Assembly (NCBI RefSeq): GCF_035594765.1
Contig: NC_085846.1
Location: 14,929,190-14,993,189, forward strand
Direction of reading: 5' to 3'
Source of the DNA: Anolis carolinensis
Taxonomy: Eukaryota
DNA length: 64,000 bases
The first letter of the stretch is position 1, and every line of letters begins with the position of its first letter. Made by a program: the position numbers and the translations under genes. This document shows positions 27,355-40,839 of this stretch, one piece after another. The notes under the pieces were generated by a model. It was not told the origin of the DNA, made no database searches, and saw nothing but the letters and a program-made list of their open reading frames with translations.

Positions 27355-28010
27355 TGGTTTTATTTATTTCGTGCCAAAATCATTGCATAAATAAGTATAA
27401 AACTGGTAAAATATAGGAAACACAAGTGGTTAAAGAATTTTTTTTTTTACCAAAAATGGACAATAGCAACCTCATTGTCCACAGCTTTAAATAATTCTTC
27501 CTCTGTGCATGAGGCAGGGCACTGTGGACAAGCATATGTACATATGCAGAGTTGTTTGTTCTGCTCCACAGTTGCACAAGGTTGAGGATTCTTCCAGGTC
27601 AGTGGTTCTCAACCTGGGGTCCCCAGATGTTTTTGGCCCACAACTCCCAGAAATCCCAGCCAGTTTAGCTGTTAGAATTTCTGGGAGCTGAAAGCCAAAA
27701 ACATCTGGGGACCTGAGACTGAGAACCACTGTTCTACGCAGTGGCATCTTGCCAGATTATTTTTTGATCTGCCAACTCCGCTGCTGAGTCTGTACAGGGA
27801 CTTCTAAGTTGCCCATTCTTGGTTTGTCCCTGGAGGAAGACCCTTTAGGCAGCCATCCATTTGGGATTTCCTGGTTTAGCTGTCCAGAGGGATACTCTTA
27901 CTGTTGCTGGGGAAACATTAAGAGAAGTAGTGGTTCTCATGAAGCTTTTCCTTGATTTGGGTCTACTGGGAAGAGGCTGATACATTGGACAGGCCAAGTA
28001 TGCTGAATGT
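27355..28010 (-). mobile_element. Vingi LINE 3-prime fragment interrupted by hAT MITE 27600-27731
   Basis: Minus reading STLCNCGAEQTTLH zinc-knuckle-like end, with sequence continuity across the MITE. Confidence 0.65.
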
Positions 28011-30508
28011 CAACAGCACAACACCTTCCGTCCTTGCATACCCACCTGTCTGGGGTTTATGGTCACTGTAGTCCAACACAGTTAGAGGGAGCCATGCTCA
28101 TCCCGCTGAATTGTGGCTGTTTTGTTTTGCATAATAGAGGATATCAAACAGTTGAATGATCATAAAAATATAGCTGCCCATATAGACAACCCCTAAGTTA
28201 TGAATAAGATAGGTTCTGTGGGATTGTTCTGAAGCTGAATTTGTAAGTCCAAACAGATAGCAGTGTAATTGTGATCATTAGATTTTGCAAAAATTGGCTT
28301 GTTGTGGAAACAAGGGTTGGTGAGAAAGCTTCAGTGGAGACACCTTTACCTTGTGATAACTCTTTCAGAAACGAATTTCCCTTCCTAGGGGTAGATTTCT
28401 CTCACTTCCTGTTGTCTCACCCTGTTCTTAACTATGACTCATTTGTAAGTTAGATGTTTATAACTTGGGAACTGCATGTATAGAAATGATTCCTACTGCA
28501 TTATAAGAAAACTCTCCTTTTTCAAGGGAAATAGGATACGTCTTGTCAAAACTACTTACAACTTTTGTCTTCCAAATTACTTTGGAAGCCTTGAGCTGAA
28601 GGAGAAATGCTGTCTTTCGTAACTTTACTTGATCAAGACATATTGAGTACCTGTTCAACTACAGTAGCTGCCTTTTGTTTTGTGTGTGTGTGTTTCTCAT
28701 TTGTCAAGTGGAGGAAAGCTGAGAACATTTCTGTCTAGATCAATTACCTAAGAAGGCAGTGGATTGGAGATTTATGATCCTTCCCTAAGTATTGTACTTC
28801 CTGAAGTAACATAATGAAATTTAGCATTTAGGACAGGGTGCCGTAGCAAGCATACAGGATGTCATAAACGTGCAGCATTATCAGTACTTTCTCAAATCCA
28901 GATTTCAAACTGCTGCTTTGCAGGCAACTCACCCGCCCTCTGCCCAGAGGGAGGGATGCTGAAGGATTTAGTTCTGATGGCATTTCAAAGCAAACCGCCC
29001 TGATTTTCTCCTCCCAAATTAATGTGCAGATCAAAAACGATGATCCTTCAGATATAGCACCTCTTCAAATGTTGCAGTACAGTTCTCAGCTCAAAAAGTA
29101 TCAAAAGGAATATTAAAATACACATTTCTAATCAAATACATTTACAGGTGCCTAATTTCAAAGATAATATTTTGTGCAAAAATACTTCAAAAATACTTAT
29201 CTTAATATGAATTTTCTTGCTATTTTTAAAATACGTTTTAAAAGATTAATAAAGAAATGGAATAGAGCACATCTAGGGATATACAGATATGAAACTGACT
29301 TGGGACTGGAAGCAGACTAATTTCTTCCTTCACTACCACACTCACATCATTTCTGTCACTATTCCTACATCCCAATTTGAGTGCCATTCCTGGCTGTCAG
29401 TCAACTAAAGAAATATCATTCAGTCAATCAAACAGAACTTATTTAATCTATCAATGGGTTCAAATTATAGGAAAGGAGATTCCTCCTAAACATTAGGAAG
29501 AACTTCTTGACTGTAAGAGCTATTCAACAGCAGAACTCACTGCCTTGGAATGTGATGGAGGCTCCTTCTTTGACTGGCCATCTGTCAGGGGTACTTTGTG
29601 CTTTTCCTGCATGGCAGAGCATTGGGCTGTATGGCCCGTGTGGTCTCTTTCAACTCTATATTCGATTATTCTGTCAATTAAATCTATATAGCTTTAAATC
29701 TATAATTCAGAATATCAAAGATTTCCTAGATGGTGCATCTATGGCACAGCAGTCACTGTTTTAGAAGAGGTATTCTCTTCTCTGCAAAAGTAAAGGGGAA
29801 ATGCCATTCTTAAGATAAGGTATATCATATTCTGCTTTGAAGAATGTTCACATTTGATAAATAACTTTCAGACATACAAAATTATTGAAAGGTTGATTTT
29901 TGGCTGGAATTCCTCGGTGAATTAGGCTAAAGTCATATTATCTCAGTCTCAGAGGCAGGCATTGGCAAACCCCCTCTAAATAAATCTTGCCAAGAAAACT
30001 TAGAGACAGGGCTGACTTAGGATCTCCATAAGTCAGAAACAACTTGAAAACAACACTAGGGATTATATACCATGCTTTCATGAACATTGAACAAGGAGGT
30101 GTCTAATACCGCATAATGGCTAATTGCATTAATATATATATAATTAATATATCTGAGTGCTGAGGAAACAGCCACTGATTGTGTTCAGCTGGCACAACTG
30201 CCAGGCAGTTACACGATTGTCTTAATGGTAGCTCTCACCTCTTAGACCCTCAAATAATTTAGTTTAATTTCTTACACTCCACCAACAGGATTTCAGCCGT
30301 AATTTGGATTTAAAACTTTTTTTGGTTCAACAACATGAGGAATACAACTTCAGCAAAGATATTTGCATAAACCTGATTTGCATATTTTCCCAGGCTGAAT
30401 TTGGCATGCTTTGTTGTTGATTTAGGGAAATGTAATGTTGTCAATTATTATTCTAAAACTTTTGCTTAGGCACATAGGCAATAAATCAAACTGTGTACTA
30501 TTTTCCAG

Positions 30509-30676
30509 GTTATTGCCGTAGTCATGGATGTCTTCTCGGACCCTGACATCCTCTTGGACCTATATGACGCGGCAGTCAGGCGGCGGATCCCTGTCTACAT
30601 TATTCTCAGCAGAAAGCATCTTCTCTCTTTCCTCATCATGGCTGAAAAAACCTGCCTTAATGTCCGTCACACAGAG
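30509..30676 (+). CDS. FAM83E: FAM83E coding exon 2
   Basis: Acceptor ttttccag|GTT; VIAVVMDVFSDPDILLDLYDAAVRRRIPVYIILS...RHTE; donor GAG|gtgatt; 168 nt, phase 0-0. Confidence 0.95.
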
Positions 30677-31119
30677 GTGATTTGGAGGGGCTTATACTTT
30701 TCTTAACAAATCCGTCTCTACACAAGGGACGGGGCTTCTCAAGAAAGTGTGCTTGAAACAAAAAAATTAATGGAACATTTGTGAGTTTTGTACACAAACG
30801 AGTTTAAATGTTGATGTCAACACTAGGAGACCAGGGTTCAAATCCTTGTTCAGCTATGTAAAGCTATGGGGTGATCTTCAGCATGACCCAAACATTTATT
30901 CTAAAAGGAAGGCAAACCAAGGAAACCCTATGATCGCAATTTAGAAATGGCTTAAAGACACACAACAAAAAGTGGGAGAATAGGACAGAAGAGAACCAGG
31001 TCCATATCTCCATTAAGCTGTAGAGCTCACTGATATAACCTTGGACTAGTCACAGCTTATTAGATCTAATCCACCTTCTTGAGTGGTCACGAGAATAAAA
31101 TAGAAGCATGTTAGCTATA

Positions 31120-31325
31120 TCATGAGACAGCATGACTCATTAGAAAAGATTATCCTGCTTCGATAAGCAGGAGGCAGAAAGAAAAGAGAACGACCACATT
31201 ACAGGTGGATAGATTCAATCAAGGAAGTCACGACCTCCCTGAGTCAGGCTGGGCATGACAGCGTGTCTTGGAGTTCTCTCATTTATAGGGACTCCATTAG
31301 CCAAAGCCAACTTGATGGCAATTAT
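31120..31325 (+). mobile_element. RTE LINE 3-prime fragment
   Basis: IMRQHDSLEKIIL...GRKKRERPHYRWIDSIKE. Confidence 0.7.
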
Positions 31326-31742
31326 CAAAATGGAGGAAAGTCTGGATAAAAATGGAATGTGTTAATAAAGGCTATCTGAATTAGGGTTTTATTTTTTATT
31401 TTTACTACTGTGGTGCTTTAAACAAATCCTGGTCCCATCTAATAGGAAAGATTACGATAAAAAAAAGTTTTCCACACTAAAACTGATCTAAGCAATCTCC
31501 TTTTTTACACCACATGCTAGAAAATCATTTTTGGTCATTTTGGATATATTGGAATTTGGTTTGGGACAGTAACATATCCATCAAAAACATCTGCCTGCAT
31601 GTCAAAATAGTTTAATAATGAACTAGTGCTCAAATCTTTTGCCTTGATAAATATGAGTGTATATATTTGACCTTTAGCAGAGAAGTAGGGCAGGAAAACT
31701 TCCCCAGCCTTTTCTGTTTTAACCCTTAATCCATCTTTGTAG

Positions 31743-31870
31743 AACCTGAGAGTTCGATTCATCAACGGCTGCACGTTCCAAAGCAGACATGAGAATAAAG
31801 AGGTCACAGGGATCATGAAGGAGAAATTTGTACTGGTTGATGGAGAAGTTGTGATCACTGGAAGCTACAG
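31743..31870 (+). CDS. FAM83E: FAM83E coding exon 3 (pseudo-PLD motif)
   Basis: Acceptor ctttgtag|AAC; NLRVRFINGCTFQSRHENKEVTGIMKEKFVLVDGEVVITGSY(S); donor AG|gtaagg; 128 nt, phase 0-2. Not in the ORF track; found by reading. Confidence 0.95.
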
Positions 31871-34371
31871 GTAAGGACAACCTAACATGAAGACTATTGC
31901 ATCAGACCAAAGTCCTACTTAGTACAGCTGGCTGGTTCTACTTTGGTCAACCGGCAATGTTTAATGGCCCTACCATTCGACAGATACTGGGATACTTGAA
32001 AAAGTAAGGAAACACGTTACTTCTTCATTCAAGTTCGAAATTCTCCTACAGTAGTCAACATCCCTTTCTTCTCTCTGTTCACATCTTATATGGCATTTGC
32101 TTTGAAATAGGAACCTAATTTTCTAAGGCAGTATTTACTTTCATCATATGTAGTATAAAGACGAAAGCTATCTCCAATTCTAGCTCTACTTTCCCAATAT
32201 TTCCACCTTGCACAGAGTACTTGCAAAGGACAGTGTTAGCATGCTCTGGTTCATTCAGTTTATTAGTCTTGTCCACTGTGACTTGTCCCAAAGATGCCAG
32301 ACCTCTAAATCCTGAATCAGACATACTGTGTTGGAGCATTTCCCTTATTTTCTTTGGGAGCGATTGCACTTCCTTCTGCTTCTTTCCTATACACTTTGCT
32401 CCCGATCTGCCTGCTTGCCCGCACTCTATAATTACTAGTAGTTATGGCTGCCAGGTTCGATGGAAGACTAGTCACCATCTTTTGTTGAAGCAAAATCTTG
32501 GTGTCTTTAATGAGCTGCGTGACAGGCAAAAATACAGGAAGCAATGCTTTTGACAGCACAATGCTGGGAAAGTCTGTCTCTCTGTCATTTCAGCCTGTTG
32601 TACGCATGCTAGATGTGTTAAAGAGCTTCTGTGCGTGACGAAAAAGAAAAAAAATGTAAGATAGATGTCAACCTATCCATGAGACTGGATTATGTGCTAT
32701 TAATCATGCATTCTTCCAAGGAGTTATGATTTTGGCAGAAGAAATAACTTTCACTAACAAAGCCCGAAGTCTCCCCATTACTTGAAAACATGCTCTACTA
32801 TTTACTATTTTCTTTGGTGCAGATTTAGTTTAACTGTTTGTGTAACTAGGAAGTACTTGTATAGTTTAATTCTCTGCTATCAGCAAGAAGAGCTTATGAA
32901 AGTCAATACCTCTGTCAACAGGCTTTTGGGGAAGGGGGAGGGGAAGCTCTGGGGAGGGCGGGTGGGATTGGGTGGATATGAGTTTTAAAGGCCATTTTAA
33001 TGTATTTGCTATATTTTAATTATGTTTTTACCACACTGGTATTATTTGTTTCTTTAACTTTTGTACGGCTGTTTTTAGACTGTTTAGTGTGGATAGATGT
33101 TAGCCACCTTGAGTCCCCATGGGGAGAAAGGTGGGATATAATAATAATAATAATAATGGATGGTGTTAATATATAACTTGGCAATGGGTTTAGGGACTTG
33201 ATTTGTCCCATCTTCTATTCAATTGGATCCAACATCATTATTAAATTCGGGGGGAGGGGGATAGACTAAATGTCCATGCTGTCTGGAAGATCCAGAGAGT
33301 TGTAGTCTAAAAAGGCAACTCTTTGGAAGAGTCAAACTAGAATATTAAGAAGGTAACACACGAGAAGATCAAGTCAGATTAAAATATTAAGAAGGTAATG
33401 CATGGGTGAAGTCGAAATTTACATTTCTAAGGACCGTGGATACTGAGGGCCTTGTCCAACTTTGAATTTCCCATCCCTGATTGGCTGAGTAATAACAGTC
33501 AGCCAGTGCCTCCTGCGCTCCTGATTGTTTGGGAGGTGGGCTCAGGCAGGCTCACTCTAGGATTAATGCTGGCTTTTGATGATGTGACTGGGGACTCCCT
33601 CCTACCAGGCGGGGATGCCCAGGGACTGCCAATCAACGGTTAGAAATTTCTCCTTGGGCGGAGAAGAGCTTCCAGGAAGCTTCCAGGCTTCCAGGCCCAT
33701 ATCTGGGGACTTAGGCTGGAATTTTAAGGACAATGGATGTCGGTTTGTGGAAATTATGGGATTAGGCAAATGAGGATTAGGTCCAGAATACTGGGGACAA
33801 TGGGTGGTGATCTTCTCAAGTCCATTCCAGACAGAGCAAAAATTTGGTTCCAAGATGTCTATTGAGACGTCAGAGCAATCATATTTTCTTTGTTCAGGGA
33901 CTTGTCTAGCTGATGGCCCAGGTCCCACCAGCGGGGGATCCCAGATGACAACCATCAGTTCAGTTGTTGGAAAATAATGTCCAAATGATAATTGTTCTTG
34001 TTACACCTCTGGCCTGAGGCATTGGAGGACATTCCTGATTTGCTGGCTCTGTCCAGGATCGGGCAGAGGTCAAGATAGTTCACTGTTGTTGGCCTTATTT
34101 TTAATAGATTTATAATAAAGTGGAACAAAAATATAGTTCATAGTTAGGACAGAGAAGGGAAGCAAGCGTCTAGAGATGACAAAGTGGTGGGACAATGGGC
34201 ATGCATACAGGGGTTGAGAAAATTGTTTCTTTTCCTTTTAGCAATTTAGCTCCTATGCACATGTGCATATTAGGATCAGCAAATGTGCTTATGATCGGAG
34301 TAAAATAGGGCTATAGAATAAAGCAGAGCTGGTAATAGGTGTTAGGAAGCCCACAAAAGATACATTGTAGT

Positions 34372-34557
34372 TGTTGTTTATTCGTTCAGTCGCTTCCAAC
34401 TCTTTGTGACCTCTTGGACCAGCCCACGCCAGAGCTCCCTGTCAGCCGTGGTCACCCCCAGCTCCTTCAAGGTCAAGCCAGTCACTTCAAGGATACCATC
34501 CAACCATCTTGCCCTTGGTCGGCTCCTCATCTTTTTTCCTTCCATTTTCCCCAGCAT
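34372..34557 (-). mobile_element. RTE-BovB 3-prime fragment with TSD
   Basis: MLGKMEGKKMRSRPRARWLDGI...WRGLVQEVTKS; (CAA) tail; 12-bp TSD ATACATTGTAGT (34360-34371, 34558-34569). Confidence 0.85.
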
Positions 34558-36343
34558 ATACATTGTAGTACCATAAGTATATATTTCATTTCAGTAAACT
34601 AGATCTTTAGTTGGCCCTAGCGAGACCTCCAGCTGGGGTCCATGAGAAAAGTGCTAGTTATTATTATTATTATTCATTTATTTTTCTCCCGCTTTTCTCC
34701 CACGGGTGAGAATCAAAGCGGTGAAAAGTGCTGGTTCAGACTAGCACAAATTAAAGAGCCTGGACTCCAAAAGGTAAGTATAGAATTGGAACCTGGTGCA
34801 TATTAAAGAACCCTAAACCCAACGAGGGAGGCTCTTAGTGACCCAGCTCCATGAGATAAGCACACAGACTTGGCCAACACACATTTAAGGAGACTGGGCT
34901 CCCTGCAAATATGCGCTGATCCAGACCAGCAGAAATTAAAGAACTACACCAAAAAGTGTAAAAATAGAAAAATGAACCTCCTGGGGGGAATGAGCTGTTA
35001 CTGATCCACTGTAGGGTTGGGAACACTTCATGTGTGCAGAAACTTTACTGCATTTTGGCTTCTTGTTTTTTGAAAACTATACATCTTTTGGGGTGGGCCC
35101 CCTGTGTTTGACACCACGGGGAGGGAACATAAAGACCAGTTCAGTTTCTGCAGATATTAGTTCATCTTGTTTTCATCCATACCCTACTGTTCTATTTTAT
35201 CCCTATAAACCAGGAATTGAGTCACTAAACTTTATTTTCCCAGAGACAACATTGAAAGTATTCTTCTCAGTTTCCCTAATGCTCAATATTTACCCCCTCT
35301 TTCATGCTTGGTGATGCCCTCACACTTTTATTCTTCTTCCTTCCTTCTATGACATCATTGAAATGATATCGCTCCCTGCTTTGTCTGGCAGCTTAAATTA
35401 GAAGTCCTCAGTGGACTCTGCCAATGAGCTTTTAGCATCCATTGTGATCTCACTGCAAAAGCAGATATTGTGCAGAGATTCTATGAAGCCAGAGGTTGGA
35501 GCTCATTTTATCTCCTGGGTGGACTTACAAGGTTGGAGATTGTCTATCTGTAGCACGTGCTACAAAGACACAAAAACCCAGAAACAAGAACTTTGAGAAT
35601 CTGGTACACCAAATCAACTAGCCCTTTGTAACTGGAGCCCAAGAAAACCTGGTTCTGCCAAAAGATATGTTCTGAAGCTTTGCGGTATTCAGTATCTTCC
35701 CCTGGAGGCTAGCCACATCCAAAGGCTTTTGAATTCTGAATTCATTTTTAAGAGGACTTATATTTCTACAACAGAAAAATCCAAGTTTTAAAATTTTTGT
35801 TTCTGTGAAGCCGTCTTCTTGAAGCCACTGATTAAGCTGAAGGCCTTTCTCACTTCCATAGTCAACTGTCCTCTGTCTCTCTGAAGAACTTATAACTGTA
35901 GGAGAAGATACACCTACCAAATATAATATACATTTGAATGATTAAAGCTTGGACCCTACTACAGTAACAGAAGAGTTACAGGAAACCCCAGTTCACCTAT
36001 TGAAATCTTCCTGTGAGGAAAGAGGAAATATAAATCTAATATTTTGGAAAGTAAAGTTCTAATATTAAGATTTTTTTCTGGATCAGGAAACTGAAACCAT
36101 TTATTTTAATTGAAAACTAGACCTGAAAAGGGAGCTGCTGATCTAGTTCTGAAGCCTTGGACTATATATCAATTCAAGTGAAAAGGCTGTGGAAATTGGA
36201 AGAAAATACCTCCTTCTCAAATAATAGTAATAATATATTATCAGGTGGAGAGAATTCTAGGTGGTTGCAAACACCTACATGTCCATACTATTCCTCTGTG
36301 ATTTCAGAAGAAGAAAGAACTGGCACTTTTCCTCCACCACATA

Positions 36344-36718
36344 ATGACACATTCCTGGTGCCTAGGTCTTGTATGCCTTCTGGTCTGTGTGTTGCCCTCC
36401 GTTTTTTCCAAGGACTGCTACTATTGTGATGTCAGTCCCACCACCAAATGTCCCTCTATCAAGATGAGTTGTGAAGAAGATCAAGACTGCTATGTGGGTG
36501 AAGGAGTTGCATTGGGAGTCCCAATGGTTCACAACAAGGGCTGTACCCGTGCCATCAACTGTGGGAAAGAGCAGCCTGTGACCTATAGGGGGATCACCTA
36601 CAGCTTGGTTACCATCTGCTGTAATGGACAGCTGTGCAACACAGCGGAGGCCATAGCAAAACCTTCTCTCTTTCTGCTGCTTGCCTTCACCATCATGCTT
36701 CTGCTGGGCTTCATTTGA
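36344..36718 (+). CDS. SPACA4: SPACA4/Bouncer-type Ly6/uPAR (three-finger) GPI-anchored protein, nested in FAM83E intron 3
   Basis: 124 aa. N-terminal signal peptide, 10-Cys LU domain (KDCYYC...NKGC...CG.E.PVTYRGITYSL...CCNGQLCN) and hydrophobic C-terminal GPI signal. Closely resembles mammalian SPACA4 as I recall it, and SPACA4 is known to nest in FAM83E. Confidence 0.93.
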   Translation: MTHSWCLGLVCLLVCVLPSVFSKDCYYCDVSPTTKCPSIKMSCEEDQDCYVGEGVALGVPMVHNKGCTRAINCGKEQPVTYRGITYSLVTICCNGQLCNTAEAIAKPSLFLLLAFTIMLLLGFI

Positions 36719-36748
36719 TTTAACACGAGTTACAAAACATTTTTTTTA

Positions 36749-36754
36749 AATAAA
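36749..36754 (+). terminator. Poly(A) signal of SPACA4-like gene
   Basis: AATAAA 30 nt after the TGA, followed by GU/U-rich sequence (gtctgtggcatttttc, ttgtggctgtggtgtgatgttgtg). Confidence 0.7.
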
Positions 36755-36947
36755 GTCTGTGGCATTTTTCTTTAAAAGCTGAATCCTTGTGGCTGTGGTG
36801 TGATGTTGTGCTCCACCCCACAAATCGTAGCCTTTACCATCTAGTAAAGTGGGAACAGGCAAATTCAAGTCACAGTCTGGTCCTCCAGCAATCCCCAAAT
36901 GATCATTCCTCTTTTCCATCATTTAGTGGCTCCCATGCTTCCCTATA

Positions 36948-37237
36948 CAAGCAGTCCCTGAGTTACAAACATCCAACTTACAAACTACTCATAATTAAGA
37001 ACATGAAGTGAGAGAAATCTGCCCCTAGGAAGGGGAATTCACTCCCAGAAGAGTGATCATGGGGAAAAGTTCTCAACTGAAGCTTTCTCATCAATTCTTT
37101 GTTTCCATAACAAGCCAAAATTTTCAAAATCTAATTTTCACAGGGACAGGAAGTGGGGTGAAATCTTCTGAATAGGGGCACAGACAGCAGAACAATCACT
37201 ACAGGGGTTTTAACCCTTTCCTATGCTATCCAAGGCT

Positions 37238-37306
<69 letters not shown>

Positions 37307-37408
37307 GGCTGGATTTACACTTTAAAAATGTACCTGTCCCAACTTACAAATTAATCTTAAGAAAAAAACCTACTGAACCTATCTTGTTCGTAACTTGGGT
37401 ACTGCCTG
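36948..37408. mobile_element. Tigger-type MITE containing (ATCT)n microsatellite, just 3-prime of SPACA4
   Basis: Same termini and body as 13157-14781; TA flanks. Confidence 0.75.
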
Positions 37409-38378
37409 TATATCTGTTCCCAATGCAAAAGATTTTTTTTCTCCCAGCGTTTAACTGCTGGCAATAAGAATATATTAATATGTATATTAATATATTTAGT
37501 CCCATCATTTCCCTTCGGTTGTGCCCATCTATAGCCTCTGCCCCTGAGAGCATTCCCAAAATTGACTTGTACTTTCAGGCTAAGCTTTTTTTTCCTGCAC
37601 TCTTCACATAAACAGTAACTGCATGTATTTTGTTGCTTCTATATATTAATTCACTATTGAGGAGGTTGATGAAGATGATAGTTAAATAATATTTCCATAG
37701 CACTCTTAAGGATAAAAACAACCTAGGATACTCCAGCTAACAGCACAGTTCATCCTGAACATGCCGATCCTGTGTTTATGGCTAGGTCTTCTGCATCCAT
37801 TAAGACATTACAGTTTGTTCCCTTGTGAAGGCTGCAGCAGATTGCTGTGTGGAATGATGCCACCTCTACTGTCTCCCAAGTTCAGGCACAATTTCTCCTT
37901 GTCGCTTTTGGATAGCAATGAATCATACAGCCCCACAATAATCCTAGAAAGACTTCTGAGTGTTTTGCTTATAAGTTTCTTCACTTTTCCTACCAGCTGG
38001 CCATTTACTACTTTGAATGCATATTGTTGTCTCGGCATTTTAATCCAAAGTCTGATGTTGATGATCTCACATTTGGAAAAAAAAATTGCTAAAGTTACTC
38101 ATTGCTTCTCACAAGAATAAAATTAACCAAGAATTTCATTCCTACTGTCTCTGATTCTTTACACTGAGTATGCCAGGGGTGGAACGACAACTTTCTGTAA
38201 GCCAAGCAGGTGCTATAGCACTGAGATTAGATTCTTCTCCAATATACTCATGAGTGTTGTTTGTGATGGTGAGATATGGAAGTCTGAGGAACTGTTTTTT
38301 CAAAGGCATGGAAATGTTAGATCATGGTGATGGTCTTTTAAGAGGCCTTTTGACTTAAGCAAATTATATTCATATATA

Positions 38379-39658
38379 TTAGCTTGGGGACCTGGTGATG
38401 CCCAGGTTATTTCAAAAGGGCATTTCTCGGCTGGGTTCAGTTCTCTCTGAAGAAGGGTGAATTACGATTCCCATATGCCAAGGTCAATCACTCCCAAACC
38501 AGGCCTGTATGCACAGTGGGCCATGTTGGGTCTGTGTATCAAGTTTGGTCTGGAGCTGACATTGGCTGGGTTCAGGGCTCTATGCATAAGGGTGAACTAC
38601 AACTCCCAGATCCAAGGGCAATCATCCCCAAACTCCGCCTGTATGTACAGTTGGCCATGTTGGGTCTGTGTGCTAAGTTTGGTCCAGATCTGACATCGGT
38701 TGAGTTCAGTGCTTTCTGGATAAGGATGAACTACAACTCCCAAAATCAAGGTCAATTCCCACACACTCCTGCAATATGTTTAGTTGGTCATGGGGCTTCT
38801 CTGTACCAAGTTTGGTCCCAGTCCATTGTTGATGGGGGTCACAGTTTCTCTAGATGCAGGTCAACTATAACTCCCATCAAGTCCAATGTTCCCCAAACGT
38901 CTCCTGTATGTTCTGTTGGTCATGGGGAGTCTGTGTGCCAAGTTTGGTCCAGGTCTGTCATTCGTATGGTCCGCAATGGTCTGTGGGAACTGAATAGGGT
39001 GAAGGTACTGCAAATCCCATCATCCATGGTCCATCCTCCCCCAAACCGCACCAGGTTGTAAAGTGCGTCATGGGGAGGTCTGTGTGCCAAGTCTGGTCCA
39101 GGTACATCATTTGTGGGGGTCACAACGGTCTCTGGAAGTACGTGAAGTTACTGCAAGTCCCATCATCCGTGGCAAGTTTGGTCCACATCCATTGTTGGTT
39201 GGGTTCACAGTGCTCTCTGGATGTAGGTGAACTACAACTCCTATAAAACAAGGTCAGTTCCTCCAAACCTGGTCATAGGGGTTCTGTGTGCCAAATGTGA
39301 TCAAGGTCCAATGTCGGTAGGGGTCACAGTGCTGTGTCTACAACTTCCATTATGTGGAGTCAATCCCCCAAGCCCCTCCAGTATGTTCAGTTGCTGATCA
39401 ATTCCTGCTTGCTGTGTGCCATAGGAAAGGGTTAAGGGAGAGGCAGTGGGCAAGGTCATGTAAATTCCACACCAATGAAGAAAGGAACACTGGGATGTGG
39501 TGCTCACTATAATCTGCAATGTCATTGGAGGGAATGCTTTAGGTGGCTCCTCAGCACTGTGGGTTATAGCTGTTTGTGGAGGTGGGAAGCTGTCTGTGTA
39601 GGTGGACACCCCTACCACATACACAGATAAACATTTGCACTTTTATTATGTGTACAGA
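38379..39658 (-). mobile_element. Non-autonomous Helitron (second copy)
   Basis: On -: A|TC start and ...acctgggcatcaccaggtccccaagCTAA|T end, homologous to 13498-14668. Confidence 0.7.
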
Positions 39659-40839
39659 TAGGTGTGTGTGTGTGTGTGTCACACATATTTATTGTTGTTT
39701 GCCTTCAAGGAGTTTCAACGTAGGTGACTCAAAGCTGAGCCTATCATGGAGTTTTCTTGGTGATAATTGCCTGGGACAGTGGAGGTACTTTTGCCTTCCT
39801 CTGAGGCTAAAAGTGTGACTTGTCCACATCAACCAGTGGCTATTAATTATTGTGTGCCATGGATTCTGACAATGTTCTTTGGAGTTCCTTTAACTGTACG
39901 GTTCCATGTTTAACCCAAACCTAAAATAAAAATAATTGTGTAGAACAAGGAAAATGTAGCTGAATAAAACTATCCAACCAAGCCTGCATAGCTGTTCCAG
40001 TTTGCATTGATTACATAATGATAGATTTTAATCACTGTACATTTTCCTCTTGGGGCATTTCTGAAACAAGATTTCTCTCTAGAGGTATATGAAACAATGA
40101 TTGGCACCCACTGCAGATAGGGGATACAGTGTAGGGAAAATCCAACCCAATGCAGGTAAATTTGGAAGTTAAGAAAATGAGCACGGAACTATTCAGTGCA
40201 CACTTCCCACTACCTGCTCTTCCTTGCTTATCTCTTTCAGAATGGCTGCATTTTGTTGCACTTCTAAGTGCTTTTGTAAGCCACCTTGAGTCCCTTTTGG
40301 GAGATGGTGGTGGGATACAAAGTTTTACTATTATTAGTATATACTGTAGTTCCATCCATTTGATTTGCTACAGTACCTTTGAGGAACAGTAGCAAACCAT
40401 AGTTTGCCAACTCTGGCAAGCATGACAAACCATAATCAGGCTTTGTTAATAATGACTTGATGGGAGATCTTTGTCAAATTATGGCAAAGGAGAGAGCATA
40501 AAGTATTGCAATTGGAAAATGAAAGTTTAGAGTGTGTTGTAGAATAAGTATGCAGGTATACTATCTTGAACAGCTATAACAGCTATCTTGAAACTGGCAA
40601 AACTACCTCTGGTTGTCCCTGAAAAATATCAATTTTTAAAAAGTACACCTCCTTTCCTCCTTAGAAAATGTAATTATACCAAGGAAAGTTCTGTCATTCT
40701 ACACAAACAAAGTAAGTCCTGTGAGAACAGTTAAAAGAGATGGATCTGTTCAGCCTCGGGCAGGAGGAGAACTACTCTTTGCCTCTGAATAGCTATCCTA
40801 CACAAGATGAAATAGTGCTAGTTCTTTGTTGCTTTAGGG

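Noticed and set aside
37700-38120. Minus-strand ORF-like remnant, possibly a LINE
   Set aside because: No diagnostic motif that I could identify with confidence.
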